In this document: one piece after another, positions 25,151-33,590 of the stretch
How the letters are laid out: each line of letters starts with the position of its first letter
How positions within the stretch are numbered: the first letter of the stretch is position 1
Assembly (NCBI GenBank): GCA_043810635.1
Contig: JBDRNY010000009.1
Span: 1 to 33,590 of the forward strand
DNA: 33,590 nt
Reading direction: 5' to 3'
From: Candidatus Micrarchaeota archaeon
GTDB taxonomy: Archaea > Micrarchaeota > Micrarchaeia > Anstonellales > Anstonellaceae
The notes under the pieces: generated by a model
Databases searched by the model: none
What the model was told of the DNA's origin: nothing
What the model saw: the letters and a program-made list of their open reading frames with translations, nothing else
Translations under genes and position numbers: made by a program

Positions 25151-26314
25151 ATGAATTTATTTTCGCTTGGAATTGTGTTTCTATTTATTTTGATGCCGGT
25201 AAATGCGTCTTTGGAAGATGCGGCAAATGCAGCACTTACTGCAAATGCATTGATAATGGCGGTAGGGGAGGTGCATTATTCCTGGATGGACGGCACCACC
25301 GCGCCTATGGAATGCGTGGCATTGTGCAGGGCGAACGGAATTAATGTTGACGAGAAAATTGAAAACAGAATTGCATATTTGAGCGACGGGTGCAAGGAAG
25401 TGTGTTATGGTAGCAGTGCAGCCACGGCAACTTCTTCGGGCAGTGCGGGAAGCACAGGTGCAACTGCAAGCGGGGGAGCAGGCACAACTGCTTCAGGAAG
25501 CGGGAGTTCATCCGGCGGAAATGCGAATGCGAACCAGAATGTTAATGTGAATAAAGTGAGCGGAAATGCCACCTCTTCAGGAGGGGGGACGAATGCGCAG
25601 CCGGTGAGGGCGCAGAATGCAACAAATGCAAGCGTGAATGCAACAGCAATGAACCAGACAGCGTATAAAGAGCAGGTTAAGGAAAAAGTAAGAAGCATGA
25701 AGGAAATTCAGAATTATTTCAAAGAGCAGGTAAAAAATATAACTGAAAATGCTGAACCGGGCGAGAGGGGACAGGAAATAAGCGCGCTAAGGCATGAAGT
25801 AAATGCGATTATTTCCGAATATGTGAAAAATAATACTGAATTTAATTTGTCAGATGTTATGCCTGTGGAAGATGAGCGGGTAAATATAACATCAGATTCG
25901 ATAGCATCAGAATCATTTCAGGTAAATGCAAGCCAGAAGAGGATAAAGGCAAGGGTAAGGATGAGAATGATGATGATAGCCCAGGAAAACGGCTCTCTGG
26001 TAATGGAAGGCTCTACGGGCGTGAAGGCAAGGGTGAGGGAAGTTGCAATTGCAAACAACAGCTTTATTGTTGAAGGAAAGGAATTGAAATTACTGCCTTC
26101 AGAAGCCGCTGCAAAAGTCAAGTGGCAGGTAAAAGAGATGGAAATTGTGCAAAACCAAAACAGGCTGTCATATAAAACAAAAGTAAATGTAAAGGCAAAA
26201 ATTCTCTGGCTGTTTGACACAGAATATGACAAAGATGTTTACATAGATGCGGATAATGGGGAAGTTTTTGAGGAGCAGAATGCGCCATGGTGGGCATTTT
26301 TAGCCTTCGAATAA
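25151..26314 (+). CDS. secreted/surface protein with Gly/Ser/Ala linker and C-terminal PepSY-like domain ending PWWAFLA
   Basis: GTGAGG RBS, signal peptide, low-complexity linker with N-x-T/S sequons, IDADNGEV...PWWAFLAFE. Confidence 0.8.
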   Translation: MNLFSLGIVFLFILMPVNASLEDAANAALTANALIMAVGEVHYSWMDGTTAPMECVALCRANGINVDEKIENRIAYLSDGCKEVCYGSSAATATSSGSAGSTGATASGGAGTTASGSGSSSGGNANANQNVNVNKVSGNATSSGGGTNAQPVRAQNATNASVNATAMNQTAYKEQVKEKVRSMKEIQNYFKEQVKNITENAEPGERGQEISALRHEVNAIISEYVKNNTEFNLSDVMPVEDERVNITSDSIASESFQVNASQKRIKARVRMRMMMIAQENGSLVMEGSTGVKARVREVAIANNSFIVEGKELKLLPSEAAAKVKWQVKEMEIVQNQNRLSYKTKVNVKAKILWLFDTEYDKDVYIDADNGEVFEEQNAPWWAFLAFE

Positions 26315-26390
26315 GCGAAGCGAAAAAATGCGACGAGGAGGGAAGGAAGATAATTTATTGGTTTAGGTGCAAATAGGGTTGGGTGAGGAA

Positions 26391-26705
26391 ATGATAATAA
26401 CAACTACAGATTTTGTTGCAGGAAAAAAAGTAAAAGAAGTGATGGGGATTGTAAGGGGAAATACCATACGCGCAAGGCATGTTGGGCATGATATTCTTGC
26501 CGGCTTGCAGCAAATTATTGGCGGGGAATTGCAAAGCTATACAAAAATGCTCACAGATACCAGAAACCAGGCAACAGAAAGAATGGTTGCCGAGGCAGAG
26601 AAGCTGGGCGCTGATGCTGTAATAAATGTAAGATATGCTTCTTCAGATATTATGCCGGGCGCTGCTGAAATATTAGCATACGGCACTGCTGTAAAACTGG
26701 ATTAG
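26391..26705 (+). CDS. YbjQ/UPF0145 family protein
   Basis: MIITTT, GGEL..YT, A...GADAVINVR, EILAYGTAV. Confidence 0.95.
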   Translation: MIITTTDFVAGKKVKEVMGIVRGNTIRARHVGHDILAGLQQIIGGELQSYTKMLTDTRNQATERMVAEAEKLGADAVINVRYASSDIMPGAAEILAYGTAVKLD

Positions 26706-26713
26706 TGGAAAAG

Positions 26714-27229
26714 ATGGCAAATATTTTGCTAATTGTTGCACCTGTTGATTTTCGGGATGAGGAAGCGCTGGTGCCTAAAAAAATATTTGAAGAAAATGGG
26801 CATAATGTGAAAGTTGCATCAAAAGGAACGGGCGAGGCAAAAGGAAAATTGGGTGCGAGTTTGAAAGTGGATGCTGATATTGGGAATGTGAATGCTGATG
26901 AATTTGATGCAATAGTGTTTGCCGGCGGGCCTGGGGCAAAAATTTATTTTAATGATGCAAAAGCGCTGGGCATTGCAAGGGATGCTGCTGCAAAAGGGAA
27001 AGTGGTGGCAGCCATTTGCATCGCGCCAAGAATATTGGCAAATGCAGGAATATTGGAAGGGAAGAAAGCGACTACATGGGATCCGGGGGATGGCAGTGAG
27101 AGCAGGAAATTGGAGGAGAAGGGGGCAAAATATACAGGAAATGATGTTGAAATTGACGGAAAAATAATTACTGCAAACGGACCAGCGGCGGCTGAGAAGT
27201 TTGCAAATAAAATAATTGAACTCTTGTAA
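26714..27229 (+). CDS. DJ-1/PfpI family protein
   Basis: FRDEE, DAIVFAGGPGA, AAICIAP (nucleophile Cys), DGKIITANGP; alternative GTG start at 26705. Confidence 0.95.
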   Translation: MANILLIVAPVDFRDEEALVPKKIFEENGHNVKVASKGTGEAKGKLGASLKVDADIGNVNADEFDAIVFAGGPGAKIYFNDAKALGIARDAAAKGKVVAAICIAPRILANAGILEGKKATTWDPGDGSESRKLEEKGAKYTGNDVEIDGKIITANGPAAAEKFANKIIELL

Positions 27230-27247
27230 TTTTATTTTGTTTTTTAT

Positions 27248-28003
27248 TTATTTTCTAATTCTTATTCCTTTTAATATTGCAAATATTATCCATCCAATTG
27301 CAATTGCAATTGAAACAATTTGCATTATTTCCTGCAAAGAAAAGCGCGCATAAATAAAATGCTCTAATGTGGGGACTATTGCAACAAGCATTAAATAAAA
27401 TATGAAAAGGGTGGGGAGAAGCTGGCCTTCTCCGCCTGTTTTGTGGTTGCCGTAAATTTCAAATGAAAGAAAAGGGGCGAGCCATTGCACTCCTGAAATT
27501 GTCAAACTGTCATGGAAAAGGTGGAAGAGAAAGCCGAAAAGTATTCCGAGGAAAGTGTAGAATTGGAATTGGGGGCTGGAAAATCCGATATAATTGGCAA
27601 CAAAATAAACTAATACTGTAAGGAAAATAGATGTAAATATTGCGGCAGGAAGGGAGTGGAATATTCCCCTGTGCTTGAAAGATACGCGAAAGCCGAGAAG
27701 CCAAAGGATGAGGGAGTATGGCTTGAATACAAGCCAGTGGGTTATTATGCCTGTAATTGAAAGTATTTTTCCGAAAATTAAATTTATTGCCTGCGCGCCT
27801 TTTATTCCTACGAAAAAGGCGGTTCCGCCTATTTTGCTTCTTGCTTCATGCCCTTTTCCAACATCAACATCTGGCAAAAGCGAGCCTATGCATGCCCAAA
27901 ATAAGAGCCATAAATAGGAGAAATCAAAAGTAAAAAATGAGAGGGGGAATAACAAAGCCCCTAAAGTAAAGAAAGTGAAAAGAAAATGCTGGTTTCCGCG
28001 CAT
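27248..28003 (-). CDS. membrane-bound metal-dependent hydrolase (YdjM family)
   Basis: N-terminal His, GSLLPDVD, HRGIFHS, HLFHDSLT..G....P. Confidence 0.88.
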   Translation of the reverse strand: MRGNQHFLFTFFTLGALLFPLSFFTFDFSYLWLLFWACIGSLLPDVDVGKGHEARSKIGGTAFFVGIKGAQAINLIFGKILSITGIITHWLVFKPYSLILWLLGFRVSFKHRGIFHSLPAAIFTSIFLTVLVYFVANYIGFSSPQFQFYTFLGILFGFLFHLFHDSLTISGVQWLAPFLSFEIYGNHKTGGEGQLLPTLFIFYLMLVAIVPTLEHFIYARFSLQEIMQIVSIAIAIGWIIFAILKGIRIRK

Positions 28004-28007
28004 TCAC

Positions 28008-28340
28008 CTATCTCCTTCTTTTCTTTTTTTTCTTTGCCTTGCGCTTTGCTTGTTTCTTTTTCCTTGCAACAGGCTTGGAATAAGAGAAGCGGGGTGTGCG
28101 GTAAGCGGGCGGAGATGGCGCCTTCCTAAGCTTTGGTTTGAGCGCATATTGTGCAGCTGCAAACACTATTCCAAGTATTGCACCGTATACAACAGCGCTT
28201 GGAAGAGAGTATCCCATTATGAGCATACTGGTGGCCATAAACGAGCCGAGCACAAAATACTCAAATCCTGCCCATACCACGAATATTATTACAGCATAGA
28301 CTATAAACATCTTCAGCCAACATAGAAATCCAGTTCCCAT
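28008..28340 (-). CDS. small membrane protein with a highly basic C-terminal tail
   Basis: hydrophobic N-terminal region; ends RKKKQAKRKAKKKKKRRR. Confidence 0.7.
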   Translation of the reverse strand: MGTGFLCWLKMFIVYAVIIFVVWAGFEYFVLGSFMATSMLIMGYSLPSAVVYGAILGIVFAAAQYALKPKLRKAPSPPAYRTPRFSYSKPVARKKKQAKRKAKKKKKRRR

Positions 28341-28395
28341 AAATCATCCCCATTCTACCAGTGCGATATAATTTATAAATCTAATTGATTGCTTT

Positions 28396-28488
28396 TCTTA
28401 ACAACCAACACCCACAGAGCAGCAACTTGAATTTGGAAATACATTCGGTTGTTGAGAGACATTCCGCCATCCGCATACTAGCGGAATG
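28396..28488. other. intergenic double-hairpin element
   Basis: TCTTAACAACC/GGTTGTTGAGA arms (28396-28457) and CATTCCGC/GCGGAATG arms (28460-28488). Confidence 0.5.
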
Positions 28489-28494
28489 CTGATT

Positions 28495-29364
28495 TCAACT
28501 TCCTGAAATCAAATCTCCGCAATAATCAGATTCTACATGCACAGGCATTTCATCAACATATCCGGGGTCAAGGGAATAGGTGCAACTTATATTAAGCACT
28601 CCTGTTGCCTTATTTCCGTAAAGCACTTCTCCAAGCTTTTGGGAAAATTCTGCATCTGAGCATTTCCATTTTATTAAAACATCTGAATCATAGCTTGCAA
28701 CATAAACACTTGCCCAATATGTTCTCCCTTCAATGCCAACAGAATTTTTGTTTGTACCTGTAATAACCTGGCACATTCTGTTGTCTTTTGTTATGTCAGT
28801 ATATACCCTTAATGGGGCGGAAGCGCATATATTTCCGTCAAGCGCAAGCCAAACATCAACCAATCCGATTTCATCAAACTGGCATAAATGATAGTGGTTC
28901 ATAAGCCCGCCATAGCCTGCAATTATTTCCTCATCCCCGCACAAATAAGTTACCTTTTCGTTTTGGGGGGAGTATGCGTAAATAGTCACTCCTGTTTCTG
29001 CGCCTGCCTCAATTGCATATGGATCCAGTTCAACCGAGCATTGCTTGTTTCTTGTTCTTCCGCCCATTTCATCAATTACCGCCATCCCGCTTATTTTCAT
29101 TGTAGGAATTGCGGGCTGGGTTGGGGGAGTTTGGTTTTGTAATGGAGGTTGTGCCGGCGGAGCTGGAGGAGTTTGGTTTTGAGTCGGAGGCTGCTGGGGC
29201 GGGGTGGTTTGATTTTGGGTTGGGGTGGGAGGAATTGTTTGGTTTGTAACATTTGAAGTTTGGTTAAGTGTTGCATTTCCGCCATCCGGAGGAAAAATCC
29301 AGTCTATGCAACCAAAAAACAATAATGATATGAAAACCATGCCCCAGACAAATTTGTATTTCAT
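28495..29364 (-). CDS. putative lipoprotein with a Pro/Gln/Thr-rich NQT-repeat stalk and Cys-containing beta-rich domains
   Basis: GAGGTG RBS; LLFFGC lipobox; repeated QNQTPP. Confidence 0.85.
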   Translation of the reverse strand: MKYKFVWGMVFISLLFFGCIDWIFPPDGGNATLNQTSNVTNQTIPPTPTQNQTTPPQQPPTQNQTPPAPPAQPPLQNQTPPTQPAIPTMKISGMAVIDEMGGRTRNKQCSVELDPYAIEAGAETGVTIYAYSPQNEKVTYLCGDEEIIAGYGGLMNHYHLCQFDEIGLVDVWLALDGNICASAPLRVYTDITKDNRMCQVITGTNKNSVGIEGRTYWASVYVASYDSDVLIKWKCSDAEFSQKLGEVLYGNKATGVLNISCTYSLDPGYVDEMPVHVESDYCGDLISGS

Positions 29365-29374
29365 TCCAGCCACC

Positions 29375-29596
29375 TCATTCTTTCTTTTCCCCAAGAGAGT
29401 ATATAATTTGCTTTATTTTCCTGCTTAATACAAAAAAATAAAGCATAAACGCAAGAACTACTATAACAAGCGGAATAAACATATCCCCAAAAACAAAAAA
29501 CCAGAAACTGAGCAAAATCATGCTGAAAGAAACTATAAGGATTAGGGTGGTGCTTTGCATTTTTTTATTCAATTCTGCAGGATTTATATTTCCCAT
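29375..29596 (-). CDS. small two-TM membrane protein
   Basis: MGNINP... with two hydrophobic segments. Confidence 0.65.
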   Translation of the reverse strand: MGNINPAELNKKMQSTTLILIVSFSMILLSFWFFVFGDMFIPLVIVVLAFMLYFFVLSRKIKQIIYSLGEKKE

Positions 29597-29622
29597 AAAT
29601 TCATCCTGTTGAAAGAAAAGGC

Positions 29623-30633
29623 TCAAATAGTTATTTTTCTTATAACAACCCCGGCCTCTTTCAGCAGCTTTATGGAGGATTCTGTTATCGAATACTCCTG
29701 GTTATATACTACTTCCTTTATTCCTGAGTTTATAATCATGCGGGTGCAGTAAAGGCAGGGGGAAAATGTTGTATATACTGTCCCTCCTTTCAAACTGATT
29801 CCGTGGTATGCTGCCATTACAATTGAATTTTCCTCTGCATGGCAGCAAAAGCATTCTTCCAAATCTTTTCCGCTTTGCACTTCAGGGCTGTTGCACCTGG
29901 GGCATCCGCCCTCATTGCAATTTTTAACCCCCCTCGGGGTGCCGTTATACCCTGTTGAAATTATTCTTTTGTCTTTTACTATAACCGCCCCTATCTTTCT
30001 TCTTGAGCAGTTGGAGCGGCTTGCAACAACTTTTGCTATTTCAATAAAATATTCATCCCATGAAGGGCGCTTTGGCTTGAATTTTTGGGAAAATTGCCCA
30101 AGAACCACATCTACGGATTCATAAAGCCTCTGGAGCGAAGTGTTGTTTTCTATTTTTCCGTCAGCCATATTTATTACTTCATCCAATTGCTGCTTTGAAG
30201 GGTCGATGTTTTTTGCTTCCGCTGTTTCCAAATAAAGAAATGCCTCAAATGTCTGCGGGTCGCCCTCCCTCTGCCTTTTTTTCATCCTTTCAAATCTTAT
30301 TCTTGCATCAGCATCCACATGCAACAAATTAAATTCATCTAATTTTCTCAATTCTGCAACTTCTTTCGGATTTCGTATTGAAACAATAACATAATTCAAC
30401 CCTCTTTCAATTTTTTCAACAACTTTTTTTGCCAAAATGCCCGCACCCAGCATTTTTCTCATCTGGTTTGCCTTTTCAATAAGATTTTCCCTGGTAATGA
30501 GCATCCCTTTGTCTGCCAATTCATCCCTTATTACATCTGACAATGAAAGCACGTGGAAGCCTTTTTTCTCCTGAAGATATTGAGCAATACTGTCTTTGCC
30601 TGCGCAGTTTTTGCCGGTAATACCGATAATCAT
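29623..30633 (-). CDS. dCMP deaminase fused to an N-terminal P-loop NMP/dephospho-CoA kinase-like domain
   Basis: GITGKNCAGK P-loop; RPSWDEYF, TGYNG, HAEEN, PCLYC. Confidence 0.92.
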   Translation of the reverse strand: MIIGITGKNCAGKDSIAQYLQEKKGFHVLSLSDVIRDELADKGMLITRENLIEKANQMRKMLGAGILAKKVVEKIERGLNYVIVSIRNPKEVAELRKLDEFNLLHVDADARIRFERMKKRQREGDPQTFEAFLYLETAEAKNIDPSKQQLDEVINMADGKIENNTSLQRLYESVDVVLGQFSQKFKPKRPSWDEYFIEIAKVVASRSNCSRRKIGAVIVKDKRIISTGYNGTPRGVKNCNEGGCPRCNSPEVQSGKDLEECFCCHAEENSIVMAAYHGISLKGGTVYTTFSPCLYCTRMIINSGIKEVVYNQEYSITESSIKLLKEAGVVIRKITI

Positions 30634-30692
30634 ATCCACACCTATCAAATATGCAAAGTGAAATTAATAAGGCATGCTAAAGTATATTTTCT

Positions 30693-31268
30693 ATGGATAT
30701 TGTACTCTCAAGCAGCTCGCCAAGAAGGAGGAAATTGCTTTCAAAAATAAAACGGAAATTTGAAATTGCAAAACCTTCACCGCTTGCGAAAATTCCAAAA
30801 GGAAATGCTAAAAATACAACAAAAAATTATGCAGAATATAAATCTGTATGGGCGGCATTGCGAAATCCAGGAAAAATTTGCATTGGGGCGGATACGCTGA
30901 TTGAATTTAATGGGAAAATTATTGGAAAGCCGGAAAATGCAAAACATGCCAAAAAAATAATAAACTCGCTAAACGACAAAAAATTCTTAGTTTACACTTC
31001 AGTTTGTATTTCATATTTTCCCGGGAAAGGGAAAATAAAAAAGAAAATATGGAGCGAGCGGGCGAGCGTGAAATTTAGGAAAATAAATGCGGGCGAGATA
31101 AGAAAATATATTAAGAGTGGAAAATGGAAAGGAAAAGCGGGAGGATTTAATATTAATGAAATGCCTGTGAAGGGGTGGGTTGAGAAAGTTGAGGGGGATA
31201 AAAATGTTGTGATTGGTTTGCCGATGAAAAAATTGTGGAGGGAAATTAAAGGGATGAAAAAATTGTGA
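30693..31268 (+). CDS. maf: Maf family nucleotide pyrophosphatase
   Basis: LSSSSPRR, GADT, GKP, KAGG, NVVIGLP. Confidence 0.9.
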   Translation: MDIVLSSSSPRRRKLLSKIKRKFEIAKPSPLAKIPKGNAKNTTKNYAEYKSVWAALRNPGKICIGADTLIEFNGKIIGKPENAKHAKKIINSLNDKKFLVYTSVCISYFPGKGKIKKKIWSERASVKFRKINAGEIRKYIKSGKWKGKAGGFNINEMPVKGWVEKVEGDKNVVIGLPMKKLWREIKGMKKL

Positions 31269-31269
31269 T

Positions 31270-33590
31270 TTATTTTTCCTCCGGCTCTTCTATTTTTATT
31301 TCCCCATTCTTTTTTGCATCAGATTCTACTGAACCATTCTGCCCGTTGCCGTTTTCAGGTGCAAGGTGCTCGATTGCGACAATTCTTTCCCCCCCATCTA
31401 ATTTCATTAATCTTACTCCCTGAGTATTTCTTCCAAGCACTGAAACATCTTTTACAGGCATGCGTATGGCTTTGTTGGAAGAAGAGAGAAGCAATATTTC
31501 ATCTTCATCAGATACTGAAGCTATGCCAACAACATTTCCGTTTCTTTCACTTGTTTTTATATTTATCATGCCAGTGCCGCCCCTTCCCTGCAAGCGGTAG
31601 TCTTCAAATGAGGTGCGCTTGCCATACCCGTTTTCGCATACAGAAAGCACAGTAGGCCGGTCTGAGAGGGCAAAATCAACAACAGCATCGCCCTTGCGCA
31701 GGGAAATGCCCCTTACTCCCTGCCCTGTGCGCCCTATTTCACGCACTTCTTCTTCTGAAAAGCGTATTGCATTTCCTTTTGCTGTTGCAAGGAAAAGCTT
31801 TTGCTTGCCGTCGGTTTTGCGCACGCGGATTAATTCATCCCCTTGGCGCAATGTAATGGCGCGTATTCCGCCCCTTCTCGGGCGGGAATAGGCTGAAAGG
31901 GAAGTTCGCTTAATTGTTCCGTTGTGTGTAGCCATAATAAGAAATTCCCCTTTTCCAAAATCGCGCACTGAAATTAATGAGGAAAGCTTTTCATTTTTCA
32001 AATCAAGCAAATTAACAATTGCTTTTCCTTTTCCATACCTGCTTGCGGATGGAAGTGCATACACTTTAAGCCAATGAACCATTCCCGCATTTGTAAAGAA
32101 GAGAAGAGTGTCATGGGTGGAAGCGATTATCAAATCCTTTATCCTGTCTTCCTCCCTTGTCTGGGTGCCTATTACCCCTTTCCCTCCCCTTCTTTGGGAG
32201 CGGTATTCTGAAATTGAAATTCTTTTGATATAGTCATTTTCAGTAACAATTACTGCAACAGACTCGTCAGGCACCAAATCCTCTTCCTCAATAACTTCAT
32301 CTTCCCCTTCAATTATTTGTGTTTTTCGCACATCAGCATATTTTACTTTTATTTCATTTGTTTCTTTTTTTATTATTGCATCAATCTTCTTGGGGTCTGC
32401 AAGAATTTCCGCTAATTCTTTAATCAATTTTGCAAGCTTTTTGTCTTCCTCGTCAATTTTGCCCCTTTCCAAATTGGTGAGGCGGGATAATTTCATATCC
32501 AATATCGCATTTGCCTGCTTTTCAGTCAATTTCCAATTTGATATTAATGTAATGCGGGCGGCAGACGCATCCGCAGATTTTTTTATTGAATTAATTATAT
32601 TGTCAATATCAGAAAGGGCTATTTTCAACCCTTCAAGAATATGCTTTCTTTCTTTTGCAACATTTAAGTCAAATGCGGTTCTCCGCTTTATCACTTCCCT
32701 TCTGTGCAAAATAAATTCGCAAAGCAATTCACGGAGGGAAAGCACTTTTGGCTGCTGCCCCCCGACAAGAGCCAAATTGATTATTCCGAAGCTGGTTTGA
32801 AGCATGGTTTTGGAATAAAGATGGTTTAGCACAATTTCAGCATTTACCCCCTTCTTTAATTGTACAATAACTTCAATTCCTTTTCTGTCAGACAAATCAT
32901 GTATATCCGAGATGCCTTGTATTTTCCTGTCGCGCGCCATTTCCGCAATTTGGGTTACTAATTGGGATTTGTTTACCATGTAAGGAATTTCAGTTATGCG
33001 TATGATTTGCCTGCTTTTGTCTTTTTTGCTCTGCTCAATTTTCGCAACCCCCCTTATTTTAATCGAGCCTCTTCCCCTTTTGTGGGCATCAAGTATTCCT
33101 GTGCGCCCCAAAATTATTCCGCCTGTAGGAAAGTCAGGCCCTTGCACTATTCCAGAAATAGTTTTGTCATCAACATCCCATTTGTCAACAAGGGAAATTA
33201 TTGCATCGCACACTTCCCCCAAATTGTGGGGGGGCATGTTTGTTGCCATGCCGACAGCAATTCCAGATGAGCCGTTGATTAGCAAATTGGGTATTTTGGA
33301 AGGAAGAACTTTAGGCTCTTGTAAAGTACTGTCAAAATTCGGGGAAAAATCAACAGTTTCTTTTTCTATATCCACTAGCATCTCTTCTGCAATTTTTTGC
33401 GTTCTTACCTCAGTATATCTCATAGAAGCTGCATTATCCCCGTCAATTGAACCGAAATTTCCCTGCCCATTAACAAGAGTGTAGCGCAAGGAAAAATCCT
33501 GAGCCATGCGGACAAGAGAATCATAAATTGCCGTATCTCCGTGGGGGTGGTATTTTCCAAGCACTTCCCCAACAATTCTTGCAGACTTTT
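31270..33590 (-). CDS. gyrA: DNA gyrase subunit A (5' end outside the window)
   Basis: [23 protein letters not shown], GyrA box QRRGGKG, beta-pinwheel repeats; frame open to the window edge. Confidence 0.97.
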   Translation of the reverse strand, partial: KSARIVGEVLGKYHPHGDTAIYDSLVRMAQDFSLRYTLVNGQGNFGSIDGDNAASMRYTEVRTQKIAEEMLVDIEKETVDFSPNFDSTLQEPKVLPSKIPNLLINGSSGIAVGMATNMPPHNLGEVCDAIISLVDKWDVDDKTISGIVQGPDFPTGGIILGRTGILDAHKRGRGSIKIRGVAKIEQSKKDKSRQIIRITEIPYMVNKSQLVTQIAEMARDRKIQGISDIHDLSDRKGIEVIVQLKKGVNAEIVLNHLYSKTMLQTSFGIINLALVGGQQPKVLSLRELLCEFILHRREVIKRRTAFDLNVAKERKHILEGLKIALSDIDNIINSIKKSADASAARITLISNWKLTEKQANAILDMKLSRLTNLERGKIDEEDKKLAKLIKELAEILADPKKIDAIIKKETNEIKVKYADVRKTQIIEGEDEVIEEEDLVPDESVAVIVTENDYIKRISISEYRSQRRGGKGVIGTQTREEDRIKDLIIASTHDTLLFFTNAGMVHWLKVYALPSASRYGKGKAIVNLLDLKNEKLSSLISVRDFGKGEFLIMATHNGTIKRTSLSAYSRPRRGGIRAITLRQGDELIRVRKTDGKQKLFLATAKGNAIRFSEEEVREIGRTGQGVRGISLRKGDAVVDFALSDRPTVLSVCENGYGKRTSFEDYRLQGRGGTGMINIKTSERNGNVVGIASVSDEDEILLLSSSNKAIRMPVKDVSVLGRNTQGVRLMKLDGGERIVAIEHLAPENGNGQNGSVESDAKKNGEIKIEEPEEK

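Noticed and set aside
33505..33545. GyrA Thr83-equivalent as a quinolone-resistance mutation
   Set aside because: Thr is the wild-type residue in many gyrases; no phenotype can be inferred.

Overview
Archaeal chromosomal segment, most consistent with a DPANN lineage such as Micrarchaeota. This is inferred from TATA boxes about 28 nt before many start codons (leaderless-type genes), GGTGA/GAGGTG ribosome-binding sites, ...L(F/S)GC lipoprotein-type signal peptides and a gyrA gene. There are four zones. (1) 1-10.3 kb: an accessory module array (RNB exonuclease, two toxin-antitoxin pairs, Kef-type antiporter, helical-repeat protein, ankyrin-like protein, CxxC-x17-CxxC zinc finger, hypothetical protein, TspO). 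Most module boundaries carry same-strand copies of a ~33-bp motif, and some carry relics of the ankyrin gene 3' end. (2) 10.8-14.8 kb: a Cys-tipped PadR regulator divergent from an unannotated 54-aa metallothionein-like ORF, with three palindromic operators; a nitrilase-like protein; and a class I FBPase fused to a domain also present as the adjacent gene. (3) 14.85-21.6 kb: six secreted or surface Cys-rich proteins, including two zinc metalloproteases, with a shared 16-bp promoter and a shared Cys-initiated C-terminal anchor; pcm is embedded, and a candidate K-turn ncRNA follows. (4) 21.8-33.6 kb: an EgtC-like/GCS2 pair, YbjQ, DJ-1/PfpI, a YdjM-like hydrolase, a lipoprotein, a kinase-fold/dCMP deaminase fusion, Maf and gyrA (5' end outside the window). 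No tRNA, rRNA, CRISPR array, integrase or transposase was recognised.
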